Shown here: in pieces, positions 29,097 through 44,100 of the stretch | Numbering within the stretch: the stretch's first letter is position 1 | Layout of the letters: each line of letters opens with the position of its first letter | From: the human T2T-CHM13v2.0 reference genome, Homo sapiens | Assembly (NCBI RefSeq): GCF_009914755.1 | Contig: NC_060940.1 | Length of the DNA: 64,000 bases | Direction: 5' to 3' (one strand) | Position numbers and translations under genes: made by a program | Notes under the pieces: generated by a model | What the model was told of the DNA's origin: nothing | Database searches by the model: none | The model's input: only the letters and a program-made list of their open reading frames with translations

Positions 29097-32000
29097 TCAT
29101 TGGATGATGACTCCATTCGAGTCCATTCGATGATTCCACTCGATTCCATTAGATGATTCCATTGGAGTCCATTTGATTGTTCCATTCGATTCTATTCGAT
29201 TCCTTTCGAAGATTATTCCATTTGAGTCCATTCGATGATGATTCCATTCCATTCCATTCGATGATTCCGTTTGATTCCATTCGATGATTCCCTTCGATTC
29301 CTTTCTTTGATGATTCCATTCCATTCCATTCAATGATTCCATTCGAATCTATTCCATGATGATTCCTTTCGATTCCATTCGCTGATGTTTCCGTTCAATT
29401 CCATTCGATGATGATTCCATTCGATTCCATTCATTGAGGATTCCATTTGCTTCCATTCAATGATGATTCCATTCTATTCCATTCAATGATTGCATTCAAT
29501 TCCATTCAATGATTATCCCATTAGAGTAAACTCAACGATTCCATTCAATACCATTCGATGATGATTCCTTTTGAGTCCATTCAATGATTTCATTCAAGTC
29601 CATTTGATGATTCCTTTCAATTCCATTCTATGATGATTCCATTCGAGTCCATTCGATGATTCCATTCGATTGCATTCGATGATTCCATTATATTCCATTC
29701 AACGATGATTCCATTCGAGTCCATTCGATGATTCCATTAGAGTACATTTAATGATTGCTTTGTTTTCAATTCGAAGATGATTACATTGGATTCCATTCTA
29801 TGATACCATTCGATTCCATTCAATGATGATTCCACTCAAATCCATTGGATGATTCCATTCGTGTCCATTCGGTGATTTCATTAGATTCCATTCGAGGATG
29901 ATTCCATTCGATTCCATTCGATGATTCCATTCAATTCCATTCGATGATGATTCCATTCCAGTCCATATGATCATTCCATTTGATTTCATTCGATGATGAT
30001 TCCATTCGATTCCATTCGATGATTCCATTCTATTCCATTCGATGATGATTCCATTGGAGTCCATTCGATGATTGCATTCGAGTCCATTTAATGATTCCAT
30101 TGGGTTCAATTCAATGATGATTACATTGGATTCCGTTCTATGATTCCATTCAATTCCGTTCATTGACAATTTGATTCCATTCGATCATGATTCCATTTGA
30201 GTTCATTCGATGATTCTGTTTGATTCTCTTCGATGGTGATTCAATTCTATTGTATTGGATGATTCCATTCGATTCCATTTGATGTTGATTCAATTCGATT
30301 CTATTCGATGATGATTCCATTGGATATCACTTGATGATTCTATTCGATTCCATTCAATGATGATTCACTTCTCGTCCATTGGATGATTCCATTTCATTCC
30401 ATTCGATGATGATTCCATTCGATTCCATTCGATGATTCCATTTGATTCCATGCGTCGGTGAGCAATTCGATTCAATTCCATGATGATTCTATTTGATTCA
30501 ATTAGATGATGTTTCCATTCGAATCCATTCCATGATTATTCCATTGGAATCCATTCGGCGATGATTCCATATGAGTCAATTCAATGATGATTCCATATGG
30601 GTCCGTTCGATGATAATTCCATTTGATTTCATTCGGTGCTTCTATTCAATTCCAGTCGATGATGATTCCGTTGGAGTCCATACGATGATTCCATTTGATT
30701 TCATTTGATGATGATTCCATTCGATGATGATTACATTGGATTCCATTCTATGATTCCATTCAATTCCATTCGTTGATGATTCGATTCCATTCAATGATGA
30801 TTCCATTTGAGTTCATTCGATGATTCTATTCGATTCCGTTCGATGGTGATTCAATTCTCTTATATTGGATGAAACCACTCGATTCCATTTGATGATTATT
30901 CCATTGGAGTCCACTTAGTGAATCCTTTAGATTCTACTCGAAGATGATTCCATTCGACTCCATTCAATGATACCATTCAATTCCATTCGTTGATGCTTCC
31001 ATTCAAGTGCATTCGATGATATCATTCGATTCCATTTGATGATAATTCCATTTGATTCCATGCGATGATTCTATTCGATTCCATTCAATGATAATTCCAT
31101 TCAGTTCAGTGATTACTCTGGACTCCATTTGACGATGATTCCATTCAATGATTCCATTCGATTCTATTCGAAAATGATTCCATTTGAATCCATTTGATGA
31201 TGATTTCATTAGATTCCATTTGATGTTTCCATTCGATTCCATGCGACGATGATTCCATTCGATTCCATTTGATGATTCCATTCTATTCTATTCGATGATG
31301 ATTCCATTCGATTCCATTCGATGATGATTGGATTCGATTCCATTCGATGATTTCATTTGATTCCATTCGTTAATGATTTCGATCAATTCCATTCGATGAT
31401 TCCATTCGATTCCATTCGATAATGATTACATCCGTGTCCATTCAATGATTCCATTTGAGCCTGTTCGATAATTCCATTTGAGTCCAACCAATGATTCCAT
31501 TCATTTCCATTCAATGATTCCATTCGAGTCCATTTGATCATTCCGGTAGGGTCCATTCGATGTTGATTCCATTGGAGTGCATTCGATGATTCCATTCGAG
31601 TCCATTTTATGATTTGATTCGAGTCCTTTCGATGATTCCATTCGATTCCACTCGATGATGATTTCATTCGAGTCCATTCGACACTTCCAATCGATTCCAT
31701 TTGATGTTTCCATTCGAGTCCAATTGATGATTCCATTCAATTCCATTCGATGATGATTCCGTACGATTCCATTCTGTGATGATTCCATGTGATTGCATTC
31801 AATGATGATTCCTTTAGATTGCATTCGATTGTGATTCATTTCGTCTTCATTCTATGGTTCCACAGGTTTCCATTCGTGTCCATTCCATTATTCCATTCTA
31901 TTCCATTTGATGATGATTCCATTCGATTCCATTCATTGGTGATTCCACTCAATTCCATTCAATGATTCCATTCCATTTCTTTCAACAATGATTCCATTAG

Positions 32001-35000
32001 CTTCTAATCGATGATCCACTTGATTCCATTTGATGACGATTCCATTCTTGTCCATTCGATGATTCCATTTGATTCCATATGATGATGATTCCATTCGATT
32101 CCATACGATGATGATTCCATTCGAGTCCATTCAATGGTGATTCCATTCAATTCCATTCGATGATTCCTTTCGATTCCATTCGATGATGATGGCATTCGAT
32201 TCCTTTCAATCATTCCCTTTGATTCCATTCAAAGGTGATTTCATTCAAGTCCATTCGATAATTGCATTCGATTCCATTCTATGATGATTCCATTCGAGTC
32301 CATTTGATGATTCCATTCAATTCAAGTCAATGATGATTCCATTCGATTCCATTCGATGATTCCATTCGATTCCATTCGATGATGATTCCATTCAAATCCA
32401 TTCGATAATTCAATTCAAGTCCATTCGATGATGATTAAAATCGAATCCATTCAAAGATTCCATTCAGTTCCATTCGATGATTCCCTTAGATTCCATTCGA
32501 TGATTCCACTTGATTCCATTTACGATGATTCCATTCGATTCCATGTGATGATTCCATTCAATTCTATTCAATGCTGTTTCCATTTGATTCCATTCGACCA
32601 TGATTGCCTTTGATTCCATTCAATGACTCCATTCGGTTCCTTTTGATGATGATTCCGTTCGATTCCATTTCATTATTCCATTTGATTCCATTGGATGAGT
32701 CCATTCGATTACATTCGATGATTATTCCATTCGAGTGCATTAGATGATTCCATTCGAGTCCATTCGATGATTCCATTCGATTCCATTCGATGTTGATTCT
32801 GTTCAAATCCATTCGATGATTCCACTCGATTCCATTCGATGACTCCAGTTGATCCCATTTGATGATTTCCTTTGATTCCCTTTGATGATCATTCCATTTG
32901 ATTCAATTCGGTGATTTCATTTGATTCCATTCAGTGATGTTTCCATTCGACTCCATTCGATGATGATTCCATTCGACTCCATTCGATTATGATTTCATTC
33001 AATTCCATTCGATAATGATTCCCTTCGAGTCCATTCGATGATTCCATTCGATTCCATTCAACAATGATTTGATTCGTGTCCATTCGATGATTCCATTTGA
33101 TTCCATTTGATGAGGATTCCATTCGAGTCCATTTGATGATTCCATTCAATTCCATTCTCCGATGATTTCTTTTGAGCCCATTCAATGCTTCCACTCGATT
33201 CCATATGATGATGACTCCATTCGATGAAATTCGATGATGATTCCATTCGCTTGCATTCGATGATGATTCCACTTGAGTCCATTAGAAGATTCTATTCAAT
33301 TACATTCCATGACGATTCCGTTCGAGTCCATTTGATGATTCCATTAGACTCCATTCGACGATGATTCCATTCGATGTTATTCGATGATTCCATTCGATCT
33401 CATTCGATGATGATTCCATTCAACTCCATTCGATGTTTCCATTCGAGTTCATTCTATTATTCCATTAGATTCCATTCGATGATGATTCCATTCGATTCCA
33501 TTTGATGATTGCATTCTATTTCATTTGATGATGATTCCATTCGAGTCCACTCGATGATTCCATTCGAGTCCATTTAATGAATCCATTGGTTTCAATTCTA
33601 TGATGATTACATTGGATTCCATTCGTTGATGATTTCATTCGGTTCCATTCAATGATGATTCCATTCAATTCCTTTCAATGTTTCCATTCAATTCCATACG
33701 ATGATGATTCCATTTGATTTGATTCGACAGTGAGCCATTCGATTCAATTCCATGATGATTCTATTTGATTCCATTGGTTGACATTTCCATTCGATTCCAT
33801 TCGATGATGATTCCCTTTGATTCCGTTCAAAGATGATTCCATTCTAGCCCATTCAATCATTCCATTCGATTCTATTCAATGATGATTCCATTCATGTCGA
33901 TTTGGTGATTCCATTTGACTTCATTTGATGATGATTCCTTTCAAGTTCATTAGATGATTCCATTCGATTCCATTTGATGATGATCCCATTCGAGTCCATT
34001 CAGTGATTCCACTCGTTTCCATTCCATGATGATTCCATTCCATTCCATTCAATGATTCCATTCGATTCCGTTTGATGATGATTTCATTCGAGTCCATTTG
34101 ATGATTCCATTTGATTCCATTCGATGATGATTCCATTCGAGTCCATTCGATGATTCTATTCGAATCCATTTGATGATTTCTTTTGATTATAGTTGGTGAT
34201 GATTCCATTGGAGTCCATTCAATGATTCCATTCGATTCCAATCGATGGTGATTCCATTAGAGTCCATTTAACGATTCCATTTGATTCCAGTCTCTGATGA
34301 TTACATTCGAGTCCATACGATGATTCCACTCAATTCCATATGATGATGATTCCATTCGATTCCATTCGATGATTCCATTCTATTCTACTCAATGGTGATT
34401 CCATTCGAGTACATTAGATGATTCCATTCGATTCCATTCAATGATGATTCTATTTGTGTCCCTTAGATGATTCCACATGATTCCATTAGATGATGATACT
34501 ATTTGAGCCCATCCAATGATTCCCTTCGATTCCATTCGATGAGGATTCCATTCGATTCAATTCATTGGTGATTCTATTCAATTCAATTCTTTGATTCCAT
34601 TCCATTCCATTCGACAATGATTCCATTCGATTTCTTTCGATGATTCCACTCGATTCCACTTGACATTGATTCCCTTCGATTCCATTCAATGATTCCATTT
34701 GATTCCAGTGGATGATGATTGCCATCGATTCCATTCGATCACTCCATTATATTCCATTTGATGATGATTACATTCGATTCCATTTGACGATTCCATCTGA
34801 TTCTATTCGAGGATTCCATTTGATTCCATTCGATGATGATTCCATTCGAGTCCATTCGATGATTTCATTCGAGTACATCCAATGATTCCATTCGAGTCCA
34901 TTTGATGATTCCATTTGATTCCATTTGATAATGATTCTACTAGAGTCCATTCAATGACTCCATTCGAGTCCATTCAACAATTCCATTCGACTCCATTTGA

Positions 35001-35208
35001 TGATTCCATTCGATTCCATTTGATGATTCCATTCGAGTCCATTTAATCATTACAGTCGAGTCCATTTGGTGATTCCACCGGATTTCTTTTGATATTGATA
35101 CCATTCAATTACATTTGATGATGATCCCATTCAATTTCATTTGATGGTGATTCCATTAGAGTCCATTCGATGATTTCATTCGAGTCCCTTCATTGATTCC
35201 ATCCGATT
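29097..35208 (+). repeat. One 6,112-bp period of the satellite unit (HSat2B-like)
   Basis: Landmark ORF-track translations recur at exactly 6,112 bp: 3786/9898, 13025/19137, 29097/35209, 31003/37115. Rare words (acagtcgagtcc, agagtaaactcaac, ggttccacaggtttcc) recur once per period. The subfamily name comes from the recalled ~6.1-kb period of HSat2B and was not verified by search. Confidence 0.9.
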
Positions 35209-38200
35209 TCATTGGATGATGACTCCATTCGAGTCCATTCGATGATTCCACTCGATTCCATTAGATGATTCCATTGGAGTCCATTTGATTGTTCCATTCG
35301 ATTCCATTCGATTCCTTTCGAAGATTATTCCATTTGAGTCCATTCGATGATGATTCCATTCCATTCCATTCGATGATTCCGTTTGATTCCATTCGATGAT
35401 TCCCTTCGATTCCTTTCTTTGATGATTCCATTCCATTCCATTCAATGATTCCATTCGAATCTATTCCATGATGATTCCTTTCGATTCCATTCGCTGATGT
35501 TTCCTTTCAATTCCATTCGATGATGATTCCATTCGATTCCATTCATTGAGGATTCCATTTGATTCCATTCAATGATGATTCCGTTCTATTCCATTCAATG
35601 ATTGCATTCAATTCCATTCAATGATTATCCCCTTAGAGTAAACTCAACGATTCCATTCAATACCATTCGATGATGATTCCTTTTGAGTCCATTCAATGAT
35701 TTCATTCAAGTCCATTTGATGATTCCTTTCAATTCCATTCTATGATGATTCCATTCGAGTCCATTCGATGATTCCATTCGATTGCATTCGATGATTCCAT
35801 TATATTCCAGTCAGCGATGATTCCATTCGAGTCCATTCGATGATTCCATTAGAGTACATTTAATGATTGCTTTGTTTTCAATTCGAAGATGATTACATTG
35901 GATTCCATTCTATGATACCATTCGATTCCATTCAATGATGATTCCACTCAAATCCATTGGATGATTCCATTCGTGTCCATTCGGTGATTTCATTAGATTC
36001 CATTCGAGGATGATTCCATTCGATTCCATTCGATGATTCCATTCAATTCCATTCGATGATGATTCCATTCCAGTCCATATGATCATTCCATTTGATTTCA
36101 TTCGATGATGATTCCATTCGATTCCATTCAATGATTCCATTCTATTCCATTCGATGATGATTCCATTCGAGTCCATTCGATGATTCCATTCGAGTCCATT
36201 TAATGATTCCATTGGGTTCAATTCAATGATGATTACATTGGATTCCGTTCTATGATTCCATTCAATTCCGTTCATTGACAATTTGATTCCATTCGATGAT
36301 GATTCCATTTGAGTTCATTCGATGATTCTATTCGATTCTCTTCGATGGTGATTCAATTCTATTATATTGGATGATTCCATTCGATTCCATTTGATGTTGA
36401 TTCAATTCGATTCTATTCGATGATGATTCCATTGGATTTCACTTGATGATTCTATTCGATTCCATTCAATGATGATTCACTTCTCGTCCATTGGATGATT
36501 CCATTTCATTCCATTCGATGATGATTCCATTCGATTCCATTCGATGATTCCATTTGATTCCATGCGACGGTGAGCAATTCGATTCAATTCCATGATGATT
36601 CTATTTGATTCAATTAGATGATGTTTCCATTCGAATCCATTCCATGATTATTCCATTGGAATCCATTTGGCGATGATTCCATATGAGTCAATTCAATGAT
36701 GATTCCATATGGGTCCGTTCGATGATAATTCCATTTGATTTCATTCAATGCTTCTATTCAATTCCAGTCGATGATGATTCCGTTGGAGTCCATACGATGA
36801 TTCCATTTGATTTCATTTGATGATGATTCCATTCGATGATGATTACATTGGATTCCATTCTATGATTCCATTCAATTCCATTCGTTGATGATTCGATTCC
36901 ATTCAATGATGATTCCATTTGAGTTCATTCGATGATTCTATTCGATTCCGTTTGATGGTGATTCAATTCTATTATATTGGATGATTCCACTCGATTCCAT
37001 TTGATGATTATTCCATTGGAGTCGACTTAGTGAATCCTTTAGATTCTACTCGAAGATGATTCCATTCGAGTCCATTCAATGATACCATTCAATTTCATTC
37101 GTTGATGCTTCCATTCAAGTGAATTCGATGATATCATTCGATTCCATTTGATGATAATTCCATTTGATTCCATGCGATGATTCTATTCGATTCCATTCAA
37201 TGATAATTCCATTCAATTCAGTGATTCCTCTGGACTCCATTTGATGATGATTCCATTCAATGATTCCATTCGATTCTATTCCAAAATGATTCCATTTGAA
37301 TCCATTTGATGATGATTCCATTAGATTCCATTTGATGATTCCATTCGATTGCATTTGACGATGATTCCATTCGATTCCATTTGATGATTCCATTCTATTC
37401 TATTCGATGATGATTCCATTCGATTCCATTTGATGATGATTGGATTCGATTCCATTTGATGATTTCATTTGATTCCATTCGTTAATGATTTCGATCAACT
37501 CCATTCGATGATTCCATTTGATTCCATTCGATAATGATTACATCCGAGTCCATTCGATGATTCCATTTGAGCCCGTTCGATAATTCCATTTGAGTCCAAT
37601 CAATGATTCCATTCATTTCCATCCAATGATTCCATTCGAGTCCATTTGATCATTCTGGTAGGGTCCGTTCGATGTTGATTCCATTGGAGTGCATTCGATG
37701 ATTCCATTCGAGTCCATTTTATGATTTGATTCGAGTCATTTCGATGATTCCATTCGATTCCACTCGATGATGATTTCATTCGAGTCCATTCGACACTTCC
37801 AATCGATTCCATTTGATGTTTCCATTCGAGTCCAATTGATGATTCCATTCAATTCCATTCGATGATGATTCCGTACGATTCCATTCTGTGATGATTCCAT
37901 GTGATTGCATTCAATGATGATTCCTTTCGATTGCATTCGATTGTGATTCATTTCGTATTCATTCTATGGTTCCACAGGTTTCCATTCGATGACGTTTCCG
38001 TTCGTGTCCATTCCATTATTCCATTCTATTTCATTTGATGATGATTCCATTCGATTCCATTCATTGGTGATTCCACTCAATTCCATTCAATGATTCCATT
38101 CCATTTCTTTCAACAATGATTCCATTAGTTTCTATTCGATGATCCACTTGATTCCATTTGGCGATGATTCCATTCGTGTCCATTCGATGATTCCATTTGA

Positions 38201-39277
38201 TTCCATATGATGATGATTCCATTCGATTCCATACCATGATGATTCCATTCGAGTCCATTTAATGGTGATTCCATTCAATTCCATTCGATGATTCCTTCCG
38301 ATTCCATTCGATGATGATGGCATTCGATTCCTTTCAATCATTCCCTTTGATTCCATTCAAAGGTGATTTCATTGAAGTCCATTTGATAATTGCATTCGAT
38401 TCCATTCTATGATGATTCCATTCGAGTCCATTTGATGATTCCATTCAATTCAAGTCAATGATGATTCCATTCAATTCCACTCGATGATTCCATTGGATTC
38501 CATTCGATGATGATTCCATTCAAATCCATTCGATAATTCAATTCAAGTCCATTCGATGATGATTCCAATCGAATCCATTCAAAGATTCCATTCAATTCCA
38601 TTCGATGATGATTCCCTTAGATTCCATTCGATGATTCCACTTGATTCCATTTACGATGATTCCATTCGATTCCATGTGATGAATCCATTCAATTCTATTC
38701 AATGATGTTTCCATTTGATTCCATTGGACCATGATTGCCTTTGATTCCATTCAATGATTCCATTCGGTTCCATTTGATGATGATTCCGTTCGATTCCATT
38801 TCATTATTCCATTTGATTCCATTGGATGAGTCCATTCGATTACATTCGATGATTATTCCATTCGAGTGCATTAGATGATTGCATTCGAGTCCATTCGATG
38901 ATTCCATTCGATTCCATTCGATGTTGATTCTGTTCAAATCCATTCGATGATTCCACTCGATTCCAATCGATGACTCCATTTGATCCCATTCGATGATTTC
39001 CTGTGATTCCCTTTGATGATCATTCTATTTGATTCAATTCGGTGATTTCATTTCTTCCATTCAGTGATGTTTCCATTCGACTGTATTCGATGATGATTCC
39101 ATTCGACTCCATTCGATTATGATTTCATTCAATTCCATTCAATAATGATTCCCTTCGAGTCCATTCGATGATTCCATTCGATTCCATTCAACGATGATTT
39201 GATTCGTTTCCATTCGATGATTCCATTTGATTCCACTTGATGATGATTCCATTCGAGTCCATTTGATGATTCCATTC

Positions 39278-41108
39278 GAGTCTATTTATGTATTATATTC
39301 GCGTCCACTTCATGATTCCATTCAATTCCATTTAATGTTGATTCCATTTGATTCCATTTGATGATTCAGTTCGATTCCTTGCAATGATTCCCTACGATTC
39401 CTTTCTCTGATGATTCCATTCGATTCCATTCATTGATGATTTCATTCGACTCCATTCGATGATGATTCCTTTCGATTCCATTTGACGATGTTTCCATTCG
39501 AGTCCATTCGATGATGATTCTATTCAATTCTGTTCTATTATGATTCCATTCGATTTCATTCAATGCTTCTATTTGATTCCATTCGATGATGATTCCATCT
39601 CTTTCCCTTCGATGATTCCATTTGATTCCATTCAGTGATGATTCCATTTGATTCCATCTGATGATGATTTCACTTGATTCCTTTCAATGATGATTCAATT
39701 CAAGTCCATTCGATGATTCCATTGGAGTCCAAACGATCATTCCGTTCGATTCCATTCAATGGTGATTCCATTCATGTCCATTCGATGAATCCATTCAATT
39801 CCATTCGATGATGACTCCATTCGAGTACATTCGATGATTCCATTTGATTCCATTTGAAGATGATTCCATTCAATTCCATTCGAAGATGATTCCATTCAAT
39901 TCCATTCGATGATGATTCCGTATGAATCCATTCTCTGATTATTCCATTCGATTCCATTCATTGACGATTCCATTCAATTCCATTCAATGATGATTCTCTT
40001 CTATTCCATTCGATGATTCCGGTCGATTCCATTCGATGATGATTCCATTAGATTCCATTCGATTGTTGCATTCGATTCCCTTCGATGATGATTCCTTTGA
40101 ATTCCATTCGATTATCATTCCGTATGAATCCATTTGATGATTATTCCATTGGATTCCTTTCGATGATGATTCCATTTGATTCCATTTGATGATGTTTCTC
40201 TTGTATTCCATTGGATAATTCCTTTCAGTTCCCTTCGATGATTATTCTTTCGAGTCAATTCGATGATTCTATTCCATTCCCTTCGATGATGATTCCATTT
40301 CACTCCATTTGATGATTCCATTCGACTCAATTTGGTGATGATTCAATTCGATGACATTCGATGACTCCATTCAATTTCATTTGATGATGATTACATTCGA
40401 GTCCATTTGATGATTGTATTCCTTTCCTTTTGATGATTATTCCATTCGTGTCTATTCAAAGGTTCCATTCTATTCCATTCAATGATGATTGCATTTGATT
40501 CCATTCAATGATTATGGCTATCGATTCCACTCGTTGATTCCATTTGATTCCGTTCGATGATTATTCCGTTAGATTCCATTAGAAGATTCCATTCGATTTT
40601 ATTCAATGATTCCAATGGATTCCATTCAATGATGATTCCATTCGACTCCATTCAGTGATTCCATTCGAGTCCATTTGATGATTCCATTCTTTTCCATTTG
40701 ATGATGATTCCATTAGGGTCCATTCAATGATTCCATTCGAGTCCATTCGTTAATGCCTTTCGAGTCCTTTTGATCACTACATTCGAGTCCATTCAATGAT
40801 TCTATTCGATTCCATTCCATGATGATTCCATTCGAGTTCATTCGATGATTGCATTCGAGTCCATTTGATGATTCCATATGATTCCCTTCGACAATGATTC
40901 CATTCGTGTCCATTTGATGATTCCATTCATTTCCTATCGATGAAGATTCCATTCAAGTGTATTCGATGATTCCATTCAAATCCATTCGATGATGATTCCA
41001 TTCCAGTCCATTCGATCATTCCACTTGATTCCATTTGATGACTATTCCATTCAAATCCATTTGATGATTCCATTCGATTCCATTCGATGTTACCATTCGA
41101 GTATATAC
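39278..41108 (+). repeat. 1.83-kb divergent HSat2 block, copy 2
   Basis: Near-identical to 23207-25037 at offset 16,071, with the same flanking junctions. Confidence 0.85.
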
Positions 41109-44100
41109 GATGATTCCACTCGATTCCATTTGATGATTATTCCATTGGAGTCCACTTAGTGAATCCTTTAGATTCTACTCGACGATGATTCCATTCGAGT
41201 CCATTCCATGATACCATTCAATTCCATTCGTTGATGCTTCCATTCAAGTGCATTCGATGATATCATTCGATTCCATTTGATGATAATTCCATTTGATTCC
41301 GTGCGATGATTCTATTCGATTCCATTCAATGATAATTCCATTCAATTCAGTGATTCCTCTGGACTCCATTTGATGATGATTCCATTCAATGATTCCATTC
41401 GATTCTATTCGAAAATGATTCCATTTGAATCCATTTGATGATGATTCCATTGGATTCCATTTGATGATTCCATTCGATTCCATTCGATGATGATTCCATT
41501 CGATTCCTTTTGATGAATCCATTCTATTGTATTCGATGATGATTCCATTCGATTCCATTCGATGATGATTGGATTCGATTCCATTTGATGATTTCATTTG
41601 ATTCCATTCGATAATGATTTCGATCAATTCCATTCGATGATTCCATTTGATTCCATTCGATAATGATTACATCCGAGTCCATTCGATGATTCCATTTGAG
41701 CCCGTTCGATAATTCCATTTGAGTCCAATCAATGATTCCATTCATTTCCATTCAATGATTCCATTCGAGTCCATTTGATCATTCCGGTAGGGTCCGTTCG
41801 ATGTTGATTCCATTGGAGTGCATTCGATGATTCCATTCGAGTCCATTTTAGGATTTGATTCGAGTCCTTTCGATGATTCCATTCGATTCCACTCGATGAT
41901 TTCATTCGAGTCCATTCGACACTTCCAATCGATTCCATTTGATGTTTCCATTCGATTCCAATTGATGATTCCATTCAATTCCATTCGATGATGATTCCGT
42001 ACGATTCCATTCTGTGATGATTCCATGTGATTGCATTCAATGATGATTCCTTTCGATTGCATTCGATTATGATTCATTTCGTGTTCATTCTATGGTTCCA
42101 CAGGTTTCCATTCGATGATGTTTCCATTCGTGTCCATTCCATTATTCCATTCTATTGCATTTGAAGATGATTCCATTCGATTCCATTCATTGGTGATTCC
42201 ACTCAATTCCATTCAATGATTCCATTCCATTTCTTTCAACAATGATTCCATTAGTTTCTATTCGATGATCCACTTGATTCCATTTGACGATGATTCCATT
42301 CGTATCCATTCGATGATTCCATTTGATTCCATATGATGATGATTCCATTCGATTCCATACGATGATGATTCCATTCGAGTCCATTCAATGGTGATTCCAT
42401 TCAATTCCATTCGATGATTCCTTTCGATTCCATTCAATGATGATGGCATTCGATTCCTTTCGATCATTCCCTTTGATTCCATTCAAAGGTGATTTCATTC
42501 AAGTCCATTCGATAATTGCATTCGATTCCATTCTATGATGATTCCATTCGAGTCCATTTGATGATTCCATTCAATTCAAGTCAATGATGATTCCATTCGA
42601 TTCCACTTGATGATTCCATTGGATTCCATTCGATGATGATTCCATTCAAATCCATTCGATAATTCAATTCAAGTCCATTCGATGATGATTCCAATCGAAT
42701 CCATTCAAAGATTCCACTCAATTCCATTCGATGATGATTCCCTTAGATTCCATTCGATGATTCCACTTGATTCCATTTACGATGATTCCATTCGATTCCA
42801 TGTGATGATTCCATTCAATTCTATTCAATGATGTTTCCACTTGATTCCATTCGAACATGATTGCCTTTGATTCCATTCAATGATTCCATACGGTTCCATT
42901 TGATGATGATTCCATTCGAGTGCATTAGATGATTCCATTCGAGTCCATTCGATGATTCCATTCGATTCCATTCGATGTTGATTCTGTTCAAATCCATTCG
43001 ATGATTCCACTCGATTCCATTCGATGACTCCATTTGATCCCATTCGATGATTTCCTTTGATTCCCTTTGATGATCATTCCATTTGATTCAATTCGGTGAT
43101 TTCATTTGATTCCATTCAGTGATGTTTCCATTCAACTCCTTTCGATGATGATTCCATTCGACTCCATTCGATTATTATTTCATTCAATTCCATTCGATAA
43201 TGATTCCCTTCAAGTCCATTCGATGATTCCATTCGATTCCATTCAACGATGATTTGATTCGTGTCCATTCGATGATTCCATTTGATTCCATTTGATGATG
43301 ATTCCATTCGAGTCCCTTTGATGATTCCATTCAATTCCATTCTCCGATGATTTCTTTTGAGCCCATTCAATGCTTCCACTCGATTCCATATGATGATGAC
43401 TCCATTTGATGAAATTCCATGATGATTCCATTCGCTTGCATTCGATGATGATTCCACTTGAGTCCGTTAGAAGATTCTATTCAATTACATTCCATGACGA
43501 TTCTGTTCGAGTCCATTTGATGATTCCATTAGACTCCATTCGACGATGATTCCATTCGATGTTATTCGATGATGATTCCATTCAACTCCATTCGATGTTT
43601 CCATTCGAGTTCATTCTATTATTCCATTAGATTCCATTCGATTCCATTTGATGATTGCATTCTATTTCATTTGATGATGATTCCATTCGAGTCCACTCGA
43701 TGATTCCATTCGAGTCCATTTAATGAATCCATTGGTTTCAATTCTATGATGATTACATTGGATTCAATTCGTTGATGATTTCATTCGGTTCCATTCAATG
43801 ATGATTCCATTCAATTCCTTTCAATGTTTCCATTCAATTCCATACGATGATGATTCCATTTGATTTGATTCGACAGTGAGCCATTCGATTCAATTCCATG
43901 ATGATTCTATTTGATTCAATTGGTTGACATTTCCATTCGATTCCATTCGATGATGATTCCCATTGATTCCATTCAAAGATGATTCCATTCTAGCCCATTC
44001 AATCATTCCATTCGATTCTATTCAATGATGATTCCATTCATGTCGATTTGGTGATTCCATTTGACTTCATTTGATGATGATTCCTTTCAAGTTCATTAGA

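Larger units (their letters stand above)
26633..42703 (+). repeat. Complete ~16,071-bp higher-order repeat copy (three variant sub-units)
   Basis: The variant string ttcaaagattccactcaattcc starts at 1, 26633 and 42704. ORF offsets of 16,071-16,072 at 19137/35209, 22623/38695, 23295/39366, 25173/41244 and 26750/42821. Confidence 0.9.

Noticed and set aside
37021-37126. Private SalI (37021) and EcoRI (37121) sites
   Set aside because: Single-base variants in one unit copy; useful as markers but not evidence of function.
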